Shown piece by piece: positions 26,676-36,890 of a stretch of DNA of 64,000 nt. The position numbers were made by a program, and so were the translations under genes. This stretch comes from an uncultured Lachnospiraceae bacterium (GTDB lineage Bacteria; Bacillota; Clostridia; Lachnospirales; Lachnospiraceae). Each line of letters starts with the position of its first letter. Positions within the stretch are counted from its first letter, which is position 1. The notes beneath the pieces are model-generated. The model did no database searches. It was given only the letters and a program-made list of their open reading frames with translations, and was not told the DNA's origin. The stretch lies in the NCBI GenBank assembly GCA_944375815.1, contig CALWBA010000107.1, forward strand, positions 1,083 to 65,082. The letters run 5' to 3'.

Positions 26676-27245
26676 TTCTTTTCCTGCCATATTTCACCGC
26701 TCCCATAATCTGCAAAATAGCTGTATCTATTAATGAGCAGGTAATACCCCATGCAGCTCCCATACAATTCAGTATAGAAGTGCCTATCAGGCAACCCACT
26801 GAAAAGATTAGTACTGTTCTGGATTGCTTCCTGTATTTTTTTCTTTCTTCCCGCGTTAGAGGATTTCGATCATTTTCAACAGGTGACAAAATCCAGACTA
26901 TAAAGGCACATATCAGAGATATGAAAAAAAAGGGGCATATTCCCACCGAAAATAGGTAGCTAAAAACATATCAATATTCATCATACAGACTGAAAAAATA
27001 TAGCATCTATTCTCCGTATCAGAATGATAACCTCCTGCAAATGGCCGAAGAATCTTGTAATGAAAAAATAATACAAGAATCTCTGCTATCTTTCCCCACA
27101 AAATTCCAATAAAGAAAATCGTAGCAATATTGAATCCTTCCCATATCATTTGATATATCCCGTACTCAATAATTTCAAATTCATCTTTCTGAACATCAAG
27201 TACATTCATTATTCTCTCTGTACAAAACAAAATTATCTTTCGCAT
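26653..27245 (-). pseudogene. agrB: AgrB-family autoinducer-processing membrane peptidase, split by a -1 frameshift in an 8-nt homopolymer
   Basis: The N-terminal ORF carries the AgrB motif LRPFAGGYHSDTENRC. The C-terminal ORF carries the SPVENDRNPLTREERKKYRK region. The frames rejoin if the A8/T8 run at 26924-26931 is read as 9 nt (...EYAPFFFISLICAF...), giving a ~196-aa product. Confidence 0.75.
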
Positions 27246-27248
27246 ATC

Positions 27249-28361
27249 TTACTTGATATATACTTCTTCTCCTGTTAACGCATTTATAACAGTAACAGAT
27301 ACTGTTGGAGGAATATCTGTGTCTGCCGGATGCTCTATAGTTTCAAAGTACCATACAGGAAACGCTTCGTACTCCTGTTGTTCATTATTCCTTACCATTT
27401 CAAAGAGTTTAATCTTTCTTATTTCATAAGTTGCCTCATTTAAAATACTCTCAAATTTCATTTTTACCGTTTCCATGATATCATCAAAATTCTGAAAACT
27501 AACCTTTTCCTGTGAACGTTCCAGAGAATATACTGGAGAAACATACAACCACTCTACACCTCTCGCGGAATATATCATCTGCACTGGCGCGTTCGCAGGA
27601 CTGTCAAATGCCAAAGAACGGGCTATTGCCATCTGTTCGTGAAAGACCGGTAGAGACTGCTCTTCCTGATATGCACTTATATAATACGCGTCATCTTCCT
27701 CACCCCAGCTTTCCTTTTTATCTTCTTCCATCCTGTATCCCTGCGCAATTTGTTCTTCTTCCGTTTTTTCCAAATCCAGATGATTCATGGGATATATTTC
27801 ATAAATGAATTCCTCTTTCGAAAATCCTATTTCTTTCAATCTTTCTTTTATTGCAGAAAGGCATTCCTCCTCGCTCATAAAAGAAACGCCGTTCTGCCCG
27901 AGTGCTTCGCTCGCCTGCGGATCCCGCGGATAATATTTATAAAAGGATGTATAATAACTAAAAAGAAATCCCATATTCAATCCACTATTATCAGTAAACG
28001 TATAGTAAGATCCAGCCCGCAAATCTCCCTGTGCGGGAGACTCTTGCTGTGAAGCGATTTCTTTTCCTTCCATGTAAATTCTTTTCTGTTCTGCTTCGTC
28101 TCCATATTCCTTTTGTACAGATTGTACAGCGAAAAAATTATTTTTATCAAAATTTTCCGGAACAATTATCTCACAATTACATTTTATCTTGTCGCTTTCA
28201 TACTCATAATGATCTGGAAAACCTTCATCAGCTTCGATGTCTGTTACCTCCGTCATGTCTATTTCCTTATGTACGTTTGTATTGCGCTGTCCCGAGCATG
28301 ATGTAAAAATACATACAGAAATCATTGTCACTGCTGCTATGCTTTTTCTTAATTTTTTCAT
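27249..28361 (-). CDS. Lipoprotein of unknown function (~370 aa)
   Basis: Signal peptide plus lipobox MKKLRKSIAAVTMISVCIFTSC. Start moved to this Met after GGGAGAAAAAG. No recognisable catalytic motif. Confidence 0.7.
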   Translation of the reverse strand: MKKLRKSIAAVTMISVCIFTSCSGQRNTNVHKEIDMTEVTDIEADEGFPDHYEYESDKIKCNCEIIVPENFDKNNFFAVQSVQKEYGDEAEQKRIYMEGKEIASQQESPAQGDLRAGSYYTFTDNSGLNMGFLFSYYTSFYKYYPRDPQASEALGQNGVSFMSEEECLSAIKERLKEIGFSKEEFIYEIYPMNHLDLEKTEEEQIAQGYRMEEDKKESWGEEDDAYYISAYQEEQSLPVFHEQMAIARSLAFDSPANAPVQMIYSARGVEWLYVSPVYSLERSQEKVSFQNFDDIMETVKMKFESILNEATYEIRKIKLFEMVRNNEQQEYEAFPVWYFETIEHPADTDIPPTVSVTVINALTGEEVYIK

Positions 28362-28429
28362 TCTTCTTTTTCTCCCTAAAGAACCGGAAAGGATATCGTT
28401 TCCGATATCCTTTCCAGAATAACCTGCAT

Positions 28430-28708
28430 CTACAAATTTACGGTGTATAACGCCCCTGAACTCGAAGACCATTTAAAGCACTGTCCACTTGCATAAAATA
28501 TGGGATTCCTGCCGGCGCAAAATATCTGTACTCTGCGGAACTGCTTGGGGCATCCGGCGTGATAACCGCCTGATAGGAATCCTTTTTGTTTTTTTAAATC
28601 TTTTACTTGCTGCGGGAGGATGGGCTGATATGAAAAATATTGACAGACACTATCCGCATCTCTCTGCGCAAGTTTCTTGGCTCTTTTTATCACAATCTCT
28701 TTAATCAT
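28430..28708 (-). CDS. AgrD-like autoinducing-peptide precursor candidate with an atypically long C-terminal tail
   Basis: Strong SD ACAGGAGGG. Amphipathic leader MIKEIVIKRAKKLAQ, then DSV-CQYFS-YQPILPQQVKDL. This resembles the clostridial AgrD layout (Cys plus 4 residues, then x-Q/E-P-x-x-P). The ORF continues to 92 aa past a T7/A7 run (28589-28595). Confidence 0.4.
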   Translation of the reverse strand: MIKEIVIKRAKKLAQRDADSVCQYFSYQPILPQQVKDLKKQKGFLSGGYHAGCPKQFRRVQIFCAGRNPIFYASGQCFKWSSSSGALYTVNL

Positions 28709-28869
28709 CCCTTTACCCTCCTGTCGTATCTTGTAGGACGATTATATCATACTATCTCCCCTATATTCCGTACATGTCAAAAAAGACCTATGTTTTTGTA
28801 AAAATTGGACTTATACCTTTAAAATCCTAAAAAAATAGTACCTACATTTCTGCAGATACTATCTATCTT

Positions 28870-30102
28870 TTACTTCGTTATATAAAAAAACACAAATACT
28901 TTATACCTTTTCCTTCCCTTTTCTATCTGTATTTCCCCGTTCTTCATTTGTATCATTTTTTTTACGCTCTCCAAACCAATTCCATGTTCAGTATTTCCAA
29001 ATGAACTATGTTTCTCATTCCGATAACTATTTTCAATTTTAAGATAAAATACCCCTCTTTTCATATCCATCTGAAGCGCCAAATATTTTTCTTCAGATTT
29101 TTCCGCTTCCCGTACTGCATTTTCCAGTAAGTTTCCCAAAATTGTGCAGACATAAAAATCCCCTTGAAAATACTGTTCCGGAATACTGATATTCACAGAT
29201 ACATTCTTTAGATTCCCAGCCGCCTTCCCCAGCAGGTAGTTAACCACACCATCGATCTCCTGATTCCCAGATGCCGAAAATTCCCTGGGATTTATCAGAA
29301 ATTTCTCCATTTCCTTTAAGTAGTTATCAATATCTTCTGCCCCCTCTTTTCTTGCCATTGCAGACAATTCTATTAAATGATGCTTTAAGTCATGACGCAG
29401 TTTTTTCAGATTTTCCCTGGATTCCTGTACGATCTGTATCTGCGCTTTATATGCATCTATCATCCGCTCCATTGTGCCCTTCTCTATCTCAGTAGCGTAT
29501 AAATTCGCTAATGCATAATACAGATAAAAACTCAGGCAGTTCAGCAGTAATACTGCTGAAGACAGTAAAATGGCTGCCCGTCCTCCTTCCTCCCAAAAGT
29601 ATCCCAGATAGGTTATCGTTAGAACGCTCAAAACTGGAATGATCAATAGTATGATTTCGTATTTCACTGGAAATACTTTATTTTTTGCCTTATTATATTT
29701 TTGTTCTATTATAATTATAACAATCATTACAACCAGGTCAGTAAGATACCCTGAAAGTGGAGCAGGAGCGTTGCCAAAACGGTAGTTTCCTATCAAATAG
29801 ACGCATAACGAATCCGCCCCCACGACGATTCCATATTTCAAGCTAATGAGGACCAGTTTTTGAGATATCTTACCTTCAAACAACGTAGTTAAAAGTATAA
29901 GTCCAGCCAGATTTGTAATCACATTAATGACAGGCGAATGGAATTGAAGATACAGCCCAAAATTCACCACAAAATATATCATGCACAGCCCGATCTGATA
30001 CCAAATGCTTTTCCTTTTTTTCTCCAAAAAAATATCCAAAAACTTTATGGATAATGGAATAGCTATAAATCCTGCAATCGCTTCTACTACTATATCAATC
30101 AT
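28870..30102 (-). CDS. AgrC-like (HPK10) sensor histidine kinase
   Basis: Six or so N-terminal TM helices, H-box LRHDLKHH, N-box ILGNLLENAVREA, GHKL C-terminus. 8-nt overlap with the response-regulator gene. Confidence 0.85.
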   Translation of the reverse strand: MIDIVVEAIAGFIAIPLSIKFLDIFLEKKRKSIWYQIGLCMIYFVVNFGLYLQFHSPVINVITNLAGLILLTTLFEGKISQKLVLISLKYGIVVGADSLCVYLIGNYRFGNAPAPLSGYLTDLVVMIVIIIIEQKYNKAKNKVFPVKYEIILLIIPVLSVLTITYLGYFWEEGGRAAILLSSAVLLLNCLSFYLYYALANLYATEIEKGTMERMIDAYKAQIQIVQESRENLKKLRHDLKHHLIELSAMARKEGAEDIDNYLKEMEKFLINPREFSASGNQEIDGVVNYLLGKAAGNLKNVSVNISIPEQYFQGDFYVCTILGNLLENAVREAEKSEEKYLALQMDMKRGVFYLKIENSYRNEKHSSFGNTEHGIGLESVKKMIQMKNGEIQIEKGRKRYKVFVFFYITK

Positions 30103-30817
30103 TATCCGCTTCTCTCCTCCTGGATAGAATCTTTCTCCTCACCTCAACCCGATTTACCTTGCTCACTGTCAAATGTTCTCCATTCACCATCTTTATCTCC
30201 TCATAGGCATACTCCGCAACAAAATCAAAATTAATCAGATACGATTTATGTATCCGCAGAAACACATTCTCAGGCACTTGCTTAGCGATAAGATTCAGCT
30301 TCCCATAAAAGCTTTTTATGCCGCTGACTGTCACAATAATGATTTTCCTTCCCTCGCTTCTAAAATACAGAATATTCTTATATGGAATCCTGTAAGTTAT
30401 CTTTTCATTCTGATAAGAAAAACTGTCATTTTGTCTCCCCATAACTTTCAAAACTCTCTCCAGTACCTGTCGGATTTCTGTCTCTCTAACCGGCTTTACC
30501 AGAAAATCAAACGGACGATTCCTAAACAGCGAGAGCGCATACTGTGTATGCGAAGAAATATAGATAATCATAATCTTCTCATTCTCTAACTTCTCACGGA
30601 TGGCTGCTCCTATCTCCACACCGCTTCTGTCTGGAAGCTGAATATCCAGGAAAAGAACATCAATATCCTCATTTTCTTTCATATAACGCCCCAGCTCTTC
30701 TCCGGAAAACAAAATGTCTGTCTCACATTTGATCTTATTCTCTTCCATAAAGCGATTAATTATATTCTCCAGGCTGGTACATATACTCTTCTCATCATCA
30801 CATATTACAATTCTCAT
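30095..30817 (-). CDS. LytTR-family response regulator (AgrA-like)
   Basis: Receiver domain (MRIVICDDE...VLFLDIQLPD...DFLVKP) plus LytTR domain (ILYFRSEGRKIII...FLRIHKSYLINF). Confidence 0.9.
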   Translation of the reverse strand: MRIVICDDEKSICTSLENIINRFMEENKIKCETDILFSGEELGRYMKENEDIDVLFLDIQLPDRSGVEIGAAIREKLENEKIMIIYISSHTQYALSLFRNRPFDFLVKPVRETEIRQVLERVLKVMGRQNDSFSYQNEKITYRIPYKNILYFRSEGRKIIIVTVSGIKSFYGKLNLIAKQVPENVFLRIHKSYLINFDFVAEYAYEEIKMVNGEHLTVSKVNRVEVRRKILSRRREADND

Positions 30818-30847
30818 TCCGCTTCTTTCCTCCCGCCATTATACCAG

Positions 30848-30878
30848 AAAAACCCCGGAAACCTTACGGTTCCGGGGT
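30848..30878 (-). terminator. Intrinsic terminator after tuf
   Basis: Minus strand reads CCCCGGAACC-gtaa-GGTTTCCGGGG followed by TTTTT. Confidence 0.75.
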
Positions 30879-30923
30879 AAATCTTACGCTTGGACACTAT
30901 AATCTATATTCGATTATTTATAA

Positions 30924-32117
30924 TTACTCGATGATGGATGCAACACGACCTGAACCTACAGTTCTACCACCCTCGCGGATAGCGAATGTAAGACCCTGCT
31001 CCATAGCGATCGGGTGGATCAGCTCGATGGTCATCTCTACGTTATCACCAGGCATGCACATCTCTGTACCAGCCGGCAGCTCGATAACGCCTGTTACGTC
31101 TGTTGTTCTGAAGTAGAACTGCGGACGATAGTTGTTGAAGAACGGAGTATGACGTCCACCCTCGTCTTTTGTCAGAACGTAAACCTGAGCGGTGAACTTT
31201 CTGTGGCATGTTACGCTGCCCGGTTTTGCAAGAACCTGTCCTCTTTCGATCTCGTTTCTCTGAACACCACGAAGCAGAGCACCGATGTTATCACCAGCCT
31301 GAGCCTCATCCAGTAACTTACGGAACATCTCAACACCAGTAACAACGACTTTACGTGTCTCCTCTTTGATACCAACGATCTCAACCTCGTCAGATACATG
31401 AAGAACACCACGCTCTACTCTACCAGTAGCAACAGTACCACGACCTGTGATAGAGAATACGTCCTCTACCGGCATCAGGAACGGCTTATCTGTGTCACGC
31501 TGCGGATCCGGGATATACTCGTCTACTGCGTTCATAAGCTCAAGGATCTTGTCGCCCCACTCGCTGCTCGGATCTTCCAGAGCTTTCAGAGCAGAACCCT
31601 GGATGATCGGAGTGTCATCTCCCGGGAACTCGTACTCGTTTAACAGCTCACGGATCTCCATGTCAACCAGCTCTAACAGCTCCTCATCGTCTACCATGTC
31701 GCACTTGTTCATGAATACAACGATGTACGGAACGCCTACCTGACGGGATAACAGGATGTGCTCTTTTGTCTGAGCCATAACACCGTCTGTAGCAGCTACT
31801 ACCAGGATAGCACCATCCATCTGAGCAGCACCAGTGATCATGTTCTTAACGTAGTCGGCATGTCCTGGGCAGTCAACGTGTGCATAGTGACGCTTCTCTG
31901 TCTCGTACTCAACGTGTGCTGTGGAGATTGTGATACCACGCTCTCTCTCTTCCGGAGCTTTATCGATATTCTCGAATGCAACAGCCTCACCTGTACCAAG
32001 TCTCTCATGCAGAGTCTTTGTGATAGCTGCTGTCAGAGTTGTTTTACCATGGTCAACGTGTCCAATGGTACCAATGTTACAATGCGGTTTGGTTCTTTCA
32101 AATTTAGCTTTAGCCAT
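30924..32117 (-). CDS. tuf: Elongation factor Tu
   Basis: 397 aa. [17 protein letters not shown] and NKCD motifs. Confidence 0.98.
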   Translation of the reverse strand: MAKAKFERTKPHCNIGTIGHVDHGKTTLTAAITKTLHERLGTGEAVAFENIDKAPEERERGITISTAHVEYETEKRHYAHVDCPGHADYVKNMITGAAQMDGAILVVAATDGVMAQTKEHILLSRQVGVPYIVVFMNKCDMVDDEELLELVDMEIRELLNEYEFPGDDTPIIQGSALKALEDPSSEWGDKILELMNAVDEYIPDPQRDTDKPFLMPVEDVFSITGRGTVATGRVERGVLHVSDEVEIVGIKEETRKVVVTGVEMFRKLLDEAQAGDNIGALLRGVQRNEIERGQVLAKPGSVTCHRKFTAQVYVLTKDEGGRHTPFFNNYRPQFYFRTTDVTGVIELPAGTEMCMPGDNVEMTIELIHPIAMEQGLTFAIREGGRTVGSGRVASIIE

Positions 32118-32287
32118 TTTAAAATGTCCTCCTTATAAATCTGCGCCCCATTGGGCTTTTTGTTCTAACCTGCTAACTTTGATTATATTGCAAGTCAGTC
32201 ATATTTGCAAGGAATTTTTCTTTGCTTCATATAAAAATTCTCTGCGGAATGGCTGGAAAAACAGCCATTCTCACAGAAGAATATTAT

Positions 32288-34405
32288 TTATTTACCTTTT
32301 GCAGAGAGAACCTTCTCCTGAACAGACTTCGGAACCGGCTCATATCTGTCAAAGAACATGGAGTAGTTACCACGACCCTGTGTTCTGGAACGCAGGTCTG
32401 TTGCGTATCCGAACATCTCAGCCAGCGGAACATATCCGCGGATCATCTTTCCTCCGCCGATATCATCCATACCTTCGATACGTCCACGACGGGAGTTGAT
32501 ATCACCGATAACATCACCCATGTAATCTTCCGGAGTAGTAACCTCTATTCTCATGATCGGCTCAAGTAATACCGGAGCTGCTTTTGCCATAGCATCCTTG
32601 AATGCAAGAGATCCTGCAATGTGGAATGCCATCTCGGAAGAGTCGACCTCATGGTAAGAACCGTCGTATACGTTCGCGTGAACGCCTACTACCGGGAATC
32701 CGCCCAGAAGACCAGCTTTCATAGCTTCCTCAATACCTTCGCCTACAGCCGGGATGTACTCCTTCGGAATAGCACCACCGACAACAGTGGACTCAAACTT
32801 GTAAGTTTCCTCAGCGTTTGCATCCATCGGCTCAAATTTAACTTTACAGTGACCGTACTGTCCACGACCACCGGACTGCTTCGCATACTTGCTGTCAACG
32901 TCAACCGCTTTGGTGATCGTCTCTTTGTAAGCAACCTGCGGAGCACCAACGTTAGCCTCTACTTTGAACTCACGAAGCAGACGGTCAACGATGATCTCAA
33001 GATGCAGCTCACCCATACCAGCGATGATGGTCTGACCTGTCTCCTGATTGGTGTGTGCACGGAAGGTCGGGTCCTCCTCAGCCAGTTTTGCTAAAGATTC
33101 GCCAAGCTTGCCCTGTCCAGCCTTTGTCTTCGGCTCGATAGCGAGCTCGATAACCGGCTCCGGGAACTCCATGGACTCCAGGATTACCGGATGCTGCTCA
33201 TCACAGATGGTATCACCTGTTGTACTGAACTTGAATCCGATCGCTGCTGCGATATCACCGGAGTAAACCTTGTCAAGCTCCTGTCTCTTGTTGGCATGCA
33301 TCTGAAGGATACGTCCAACACGCTCTTTCTTACCTTTTGTAGCATTCAGTACGTAAGAACCGGAGTTCATCATACCGGAATATACTCTGAAGTATGCCAG
33401 CTTACCAACGAATGGGTCTGTCATAATCTTAAATACTAATGCGGAGAACGGCTCATCATCGGAAGAATGTCTTACGATCTCATTGCCGTCCATATCTGTT
33501 CCGTCGATCGGAGGAATGTCGGTCGGAGCCGGCATGTACTCGATGATCGCGTCCAGAAGTTTCTGAACACCTTTGTTTCTGTAAGCAGAACCGCAGCATA
33601 CCGGAATTGCCTGGCACTCGCAGGTTCCTTTTCTTAATGCTGCTTTCATAGCTTCAACAGACGGCTCCTCGCCTTCAAGGTATTCCATCATTAAATCATC
33701 ATCTAACTCACAGATCTTCTCAACCAGCTCTGTATGATACAGCTCTGCATCGTCCTGCATATCTTCCGGAATATCTGTGATAGTGATATCATCGCCCTTA
33801 TCATCGTTGTAGATGTATGCTTTCATCTCAAACAGGTCGATGATACCTTTGAACTCATCCTCTTTACCAATCGGTAACTGAAGACAGATTGCGTTCTTTC
33901 CAAGTCTTGTCTTGATCTGGTCAACTGCGCCGTAGAAATTCGCACCCAGGATATCCATCTTGTTGATGAATGCCATACGCGGAACGTTGTAGGTGTCAGC
34001 CTGACGCCATACGTTCTCGGACTGCGGCTCAACACCGCCCTTAGCACAAAATACACCTACCGCGCCGTCCAGTACACGCAGAGAACGCTCAACCTCAACA
34101 GTGAAGTCTACGTGTCCAGGAGTATCGATGATATTGATACGATGCTCCAGTGCGCCCTGTTTCGGCTTGCAGTTTTCCTCCAGAGTCCAGTGACAAGTAG
34201 TAGCCGCGGAAGTAATTGTGATACCTCTCTCCTGCTCCTGCTCCATCCAGTCCATGGTAGCAGTTCCTTCGTGAGTATCACCAATTTTGTAGTTAACACC
34301 GGTATAGTACAGGATACGCTCGGTAAGAGTAGTCTTACCAGCATCGATATGCGCCATAATACCAATGTTTCTGGTTCTCTCTAACGGATATTCTCTTCCA
34401 GCCAA
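32288..34405 (-). CDS. fusA: Elongation factor G
   Basis: 705 aa. [17 protein letters not shown] and NKMD motifs. Confidence 0.98.
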   Translation of the reverse strand: MAGREYPLERTRNIGIMAHIDAGKTTLTERILYYTGVNYKIGDTHEGTATMDWMEQEQERGITITSAATTCHWTLEENCKPKQGALEHRINIIDTPGHVDFTVEVERSLRVLDGAVGVFCAKGGVEPQSENVWRQADTYNVPRMAFINKMDILGANFYGAVDQIKTRLGKNAICLQLPIGKEDEFKGIIDLFEMKAYIYNDDKGDDITITDIPEDMQDDAELYHTELVEKICELDDDLMMEYLEGEEPSVEAMKAALRKGTCECQAIPVCCGSAYRNKGVQKLLDAIIEYMPAPTDIPPIDGTDMDGNEIVRHSSDDEPFSALVFKIMTDPFVGKLAYFRVYSGMMNSGSYVLNATKGKKERVGRILQMHANKRQELDKVYSGDIAAAIGFKFSTTGDTICDEQHPVILESMEFPEPVIELAIEPKTKAGQGKLGESLAKLAEEDPTFRAHTNQETGQTIIAGMGELHLEIIVDRLLREFKVEANVGAPQVAYKETITKAVDVDSKYAKQSGGRGQYGHCKVKFEPMDANAEETYKFESTVVGGAIPKEYIPAVGEGIEEAMKAGLLGGFPVVGVHANVYDGSYHEVDSSEMAFHIAGSLAFKDAMAKAAPVLLEPIMRIEVTTPEDYMGDVIGDINSRRGRIEGMDDIGGGKMIRGYVPLAEMFGYATDLRSRTQGRGNYSMFFDRYEPVPKSVQEKVLSAKGK

Positions 34406-34425
34406 TGGATTTTCCTCCTTTAATA

Positions 34426-35040
<615 letters not shown>

Positions 35041-35161
35041 CTATATGCCCGCAACCGTCAGGGCTATGGAATGACCGTACAAATATAGCCTGTGATCCTT
35101 TATTTTCTTCCCCTGCCTGCTCAGTATTCCCGCTCAGGCAGCTTTTAAAAGCTTAAATGCT

Positions 35162-35575
35162 TTATTTTTTAGGTCTCTTAGCTCCGTATTTGGAACGAGC
35201 CTGCTTTCTGTTAGCAACACCAGCGGTATCCAGTGTACCTCTGATGATGTGATATCTTGTACCTGGTAAGTCCTTAACACGACCTCCACGGATCAGCACA
35301 ACGCTGTGCTCCTGTAAGTTGTGTCCCTCTCCCGGAATGTAGCTTGTTACCTCGATACCATTGGAAAGACGAACTCTGGCAATCTTTCTAAGAGCTGAGT
35401 TAGGCTTTTTCGGGGTAGCTGTCTTAACGGCTGTGCAGACACCTCTCTTCTGGGGTGAAGACATATCTGTAGTCTTCTTCTGCAGAGAGTTGAAGCTCTT
35501 CTGAAGAGCCGGTGCTGTAGATTTCTTTACAGATGTCTGACGTCCTTTTCTTACTAACTGGTTAAATGTTGGCAT
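35162..35575 (-). CDS. rpsL: 30S ribosomal protein S12
   Basis: [12 protein letters not shown]...[10 protein letters not shown]. Confidence 0.98.
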   Translation of the reverse strand: MPTFNQLVRKGRQTSVKKSTAPALQKSFNSLQKKTTDMSSPQKRGVCTAVKTATPKKPNSALRKIARVRLSNGIEVTSYIPGEGHNLQEHSVVLIRGGRVKDLPGTRYHIIRGTLDTAGVANRKQARSKYGAKRPKK

Positions 35576-35826
35576 TCCAATTCACCTCCTGATTTCTTCT
35601 CCGCGTTGCGCGGGGTCCGGCTGCTATTATTCTCTCATAAGCATGCACATTAGACTGCATCCTCTGTGCACGCTTACCTATTATATCTTTGGGAAAAATA
35701 AAAGTCAAGGAATTTCTTGAAAAAATCCGGGTTTTTTAAACGTTTTGGACACTTTCCCGGGATGTGTCCTCTATGCCGGGTATTTTCTGTCTAAAAATCC
35801 AAAACACAAAGCTTTTATCCTGCTTC

Positions 35827-36648
35827 TCAGGCTTCATCATCCGGCGGCGGAGCATCGTCTCCGTTGTCATCTCCCGGATCAGGTGTCTGTGTGGGCTCCG
35901 GTTCATCCGTCGGTTCAGGATCCGGCTCATCCGTTGGCTCAGGATCCGGCTCGTCGGTTGGATCCGGCGTTCTCGTCGGTGTCGCCGTAGGCCGTTTTGT
36001 CGGTTCCGCTGTCGGTGTCGTTTTTTTGTCGTCATCGTCATTCTTCTGATCGTCATCTGTGCTGTTCTGTGAAGAAGAACTGCTGCTGTCTATCCCATGG
36101 CTTTTAAGGACATCTTCCTTTGTATTGACAGATTCTCCTGTCGCAGCATCTACATAAACCAGATACGGCAGATCCTCTTCCTCAAGCAGATAGACTTTTG
36201 CCTCCTCAATATCAGACGGACTGACCTCTTCCAGGATCTCCACTTTATCTTCAGAGCAGTTCATCTTTATATCATAGGAGGATCCCTCCTCCAGTTCTTC
36301 TATATATATCTTGGCAGTATCGCCGTCTTCAATTACAACGCCGCTGCTCATCAGATTTTCTCCCCAGTCTTTTTCGGAACTTTCTCTGACGTACAGCTCC
36401 TCAATGTCCACTCCCATTTTATTTTCCAGGATAAGAGTTACAGAGTTCTCTGTCTGTTCTCCTACTTCCTTGTATATTACAGTAATAGGCTGCGGCTTTA
36501 ACACTTCCTCTGTCACAGCCGCAGTAGGCGTCGGACTTTCACTTGGCGTCGGTACAGCATCTGTATTATTATTATTTTTCTTGCCGCAGCCGCCCAATAT
36601 AACAGCAGCACACAGCAGTGCAAATATCGCTTTTCTCTTCATATTCAT
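35827..36648 (-). CDS. Lipoprotein with an acidic Pro/Thr/Asp/Glu-rich repetitive C-terminus
   Basis: Lipobox AVILGGC. The C-terminal tract PDPTDEPDPEPTDEPDPEPTDEPEPTQTPDPGDD is encoded by degenerate tandem DNA repeats (~35864-35990). Confidence 0.75.
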   Translation of the reverse strand: MNMKRKAIFALLCAAVILGGCGKKNNNNTDAVPTPSESPTPTAAVTEEVLKPQPITVIYKEVGEQTENSVTLILENKMGVDIEELYVRESSEKDWGENLMSSGVVIEDGDTAKIYIEELEEGSSYDIKMNCSEDKVEILEEVSPSDIEEAKVYLLEEEDLPYLVYVDAATGESVNTKEDVLKSHGIDSSSSSSQNSTDDDQKNDDDDKKTTPTAEPTKRPTATPTRTPDPTDEPDPEPTDEPDPEPTDEPEPTQTPDPGDDNGDDAPPPDDEA

Positions 36649-36890
36649 ACCTCCGGGACGGCGTTTTTCCGCCGTATTCTTAAATCTTTACACGGTACAG
36701 CCTAAGCATACCATTCCTTTTTCAACCATGCAACCCCTACTTGTCCGAGTTTCTGCAGTTTTCATCTCTCTGAAAAACGATTGGCATCACCTTCTTTTTC
36801 TTCCTATATAATTATATTCTTCATATCATCCACATATGGTCTTCCCGTAAACGCGCAGAGAGAGGCATCCATATTGCCTCTCTCCTTTGT

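Noticed and set aside
28430-28585. The SGGYHAG motif in the C-terminal tail of the AgrD-like ORF resembles the AgrB AGGYH motif, which might suggest an agrB remnant or fusion.
   Set aside because: It is a single short motif with no flanking TM helices or other AgrB features, so it is most likely coincidence. The tail may not even be translated if the homopolymer length is wrong.
35736-36072. Overlapping ORFs on both strands (106 aa, 102 aa, 81 aa, 61 aa) rich in Arg, Ser and Gly.
   Set aside because: They are artefacts of the GC-rich tandem repeat that encodes the lipoprotein's acidic tail. None has an SD and all overlap the better-supported lipoprotein frame.
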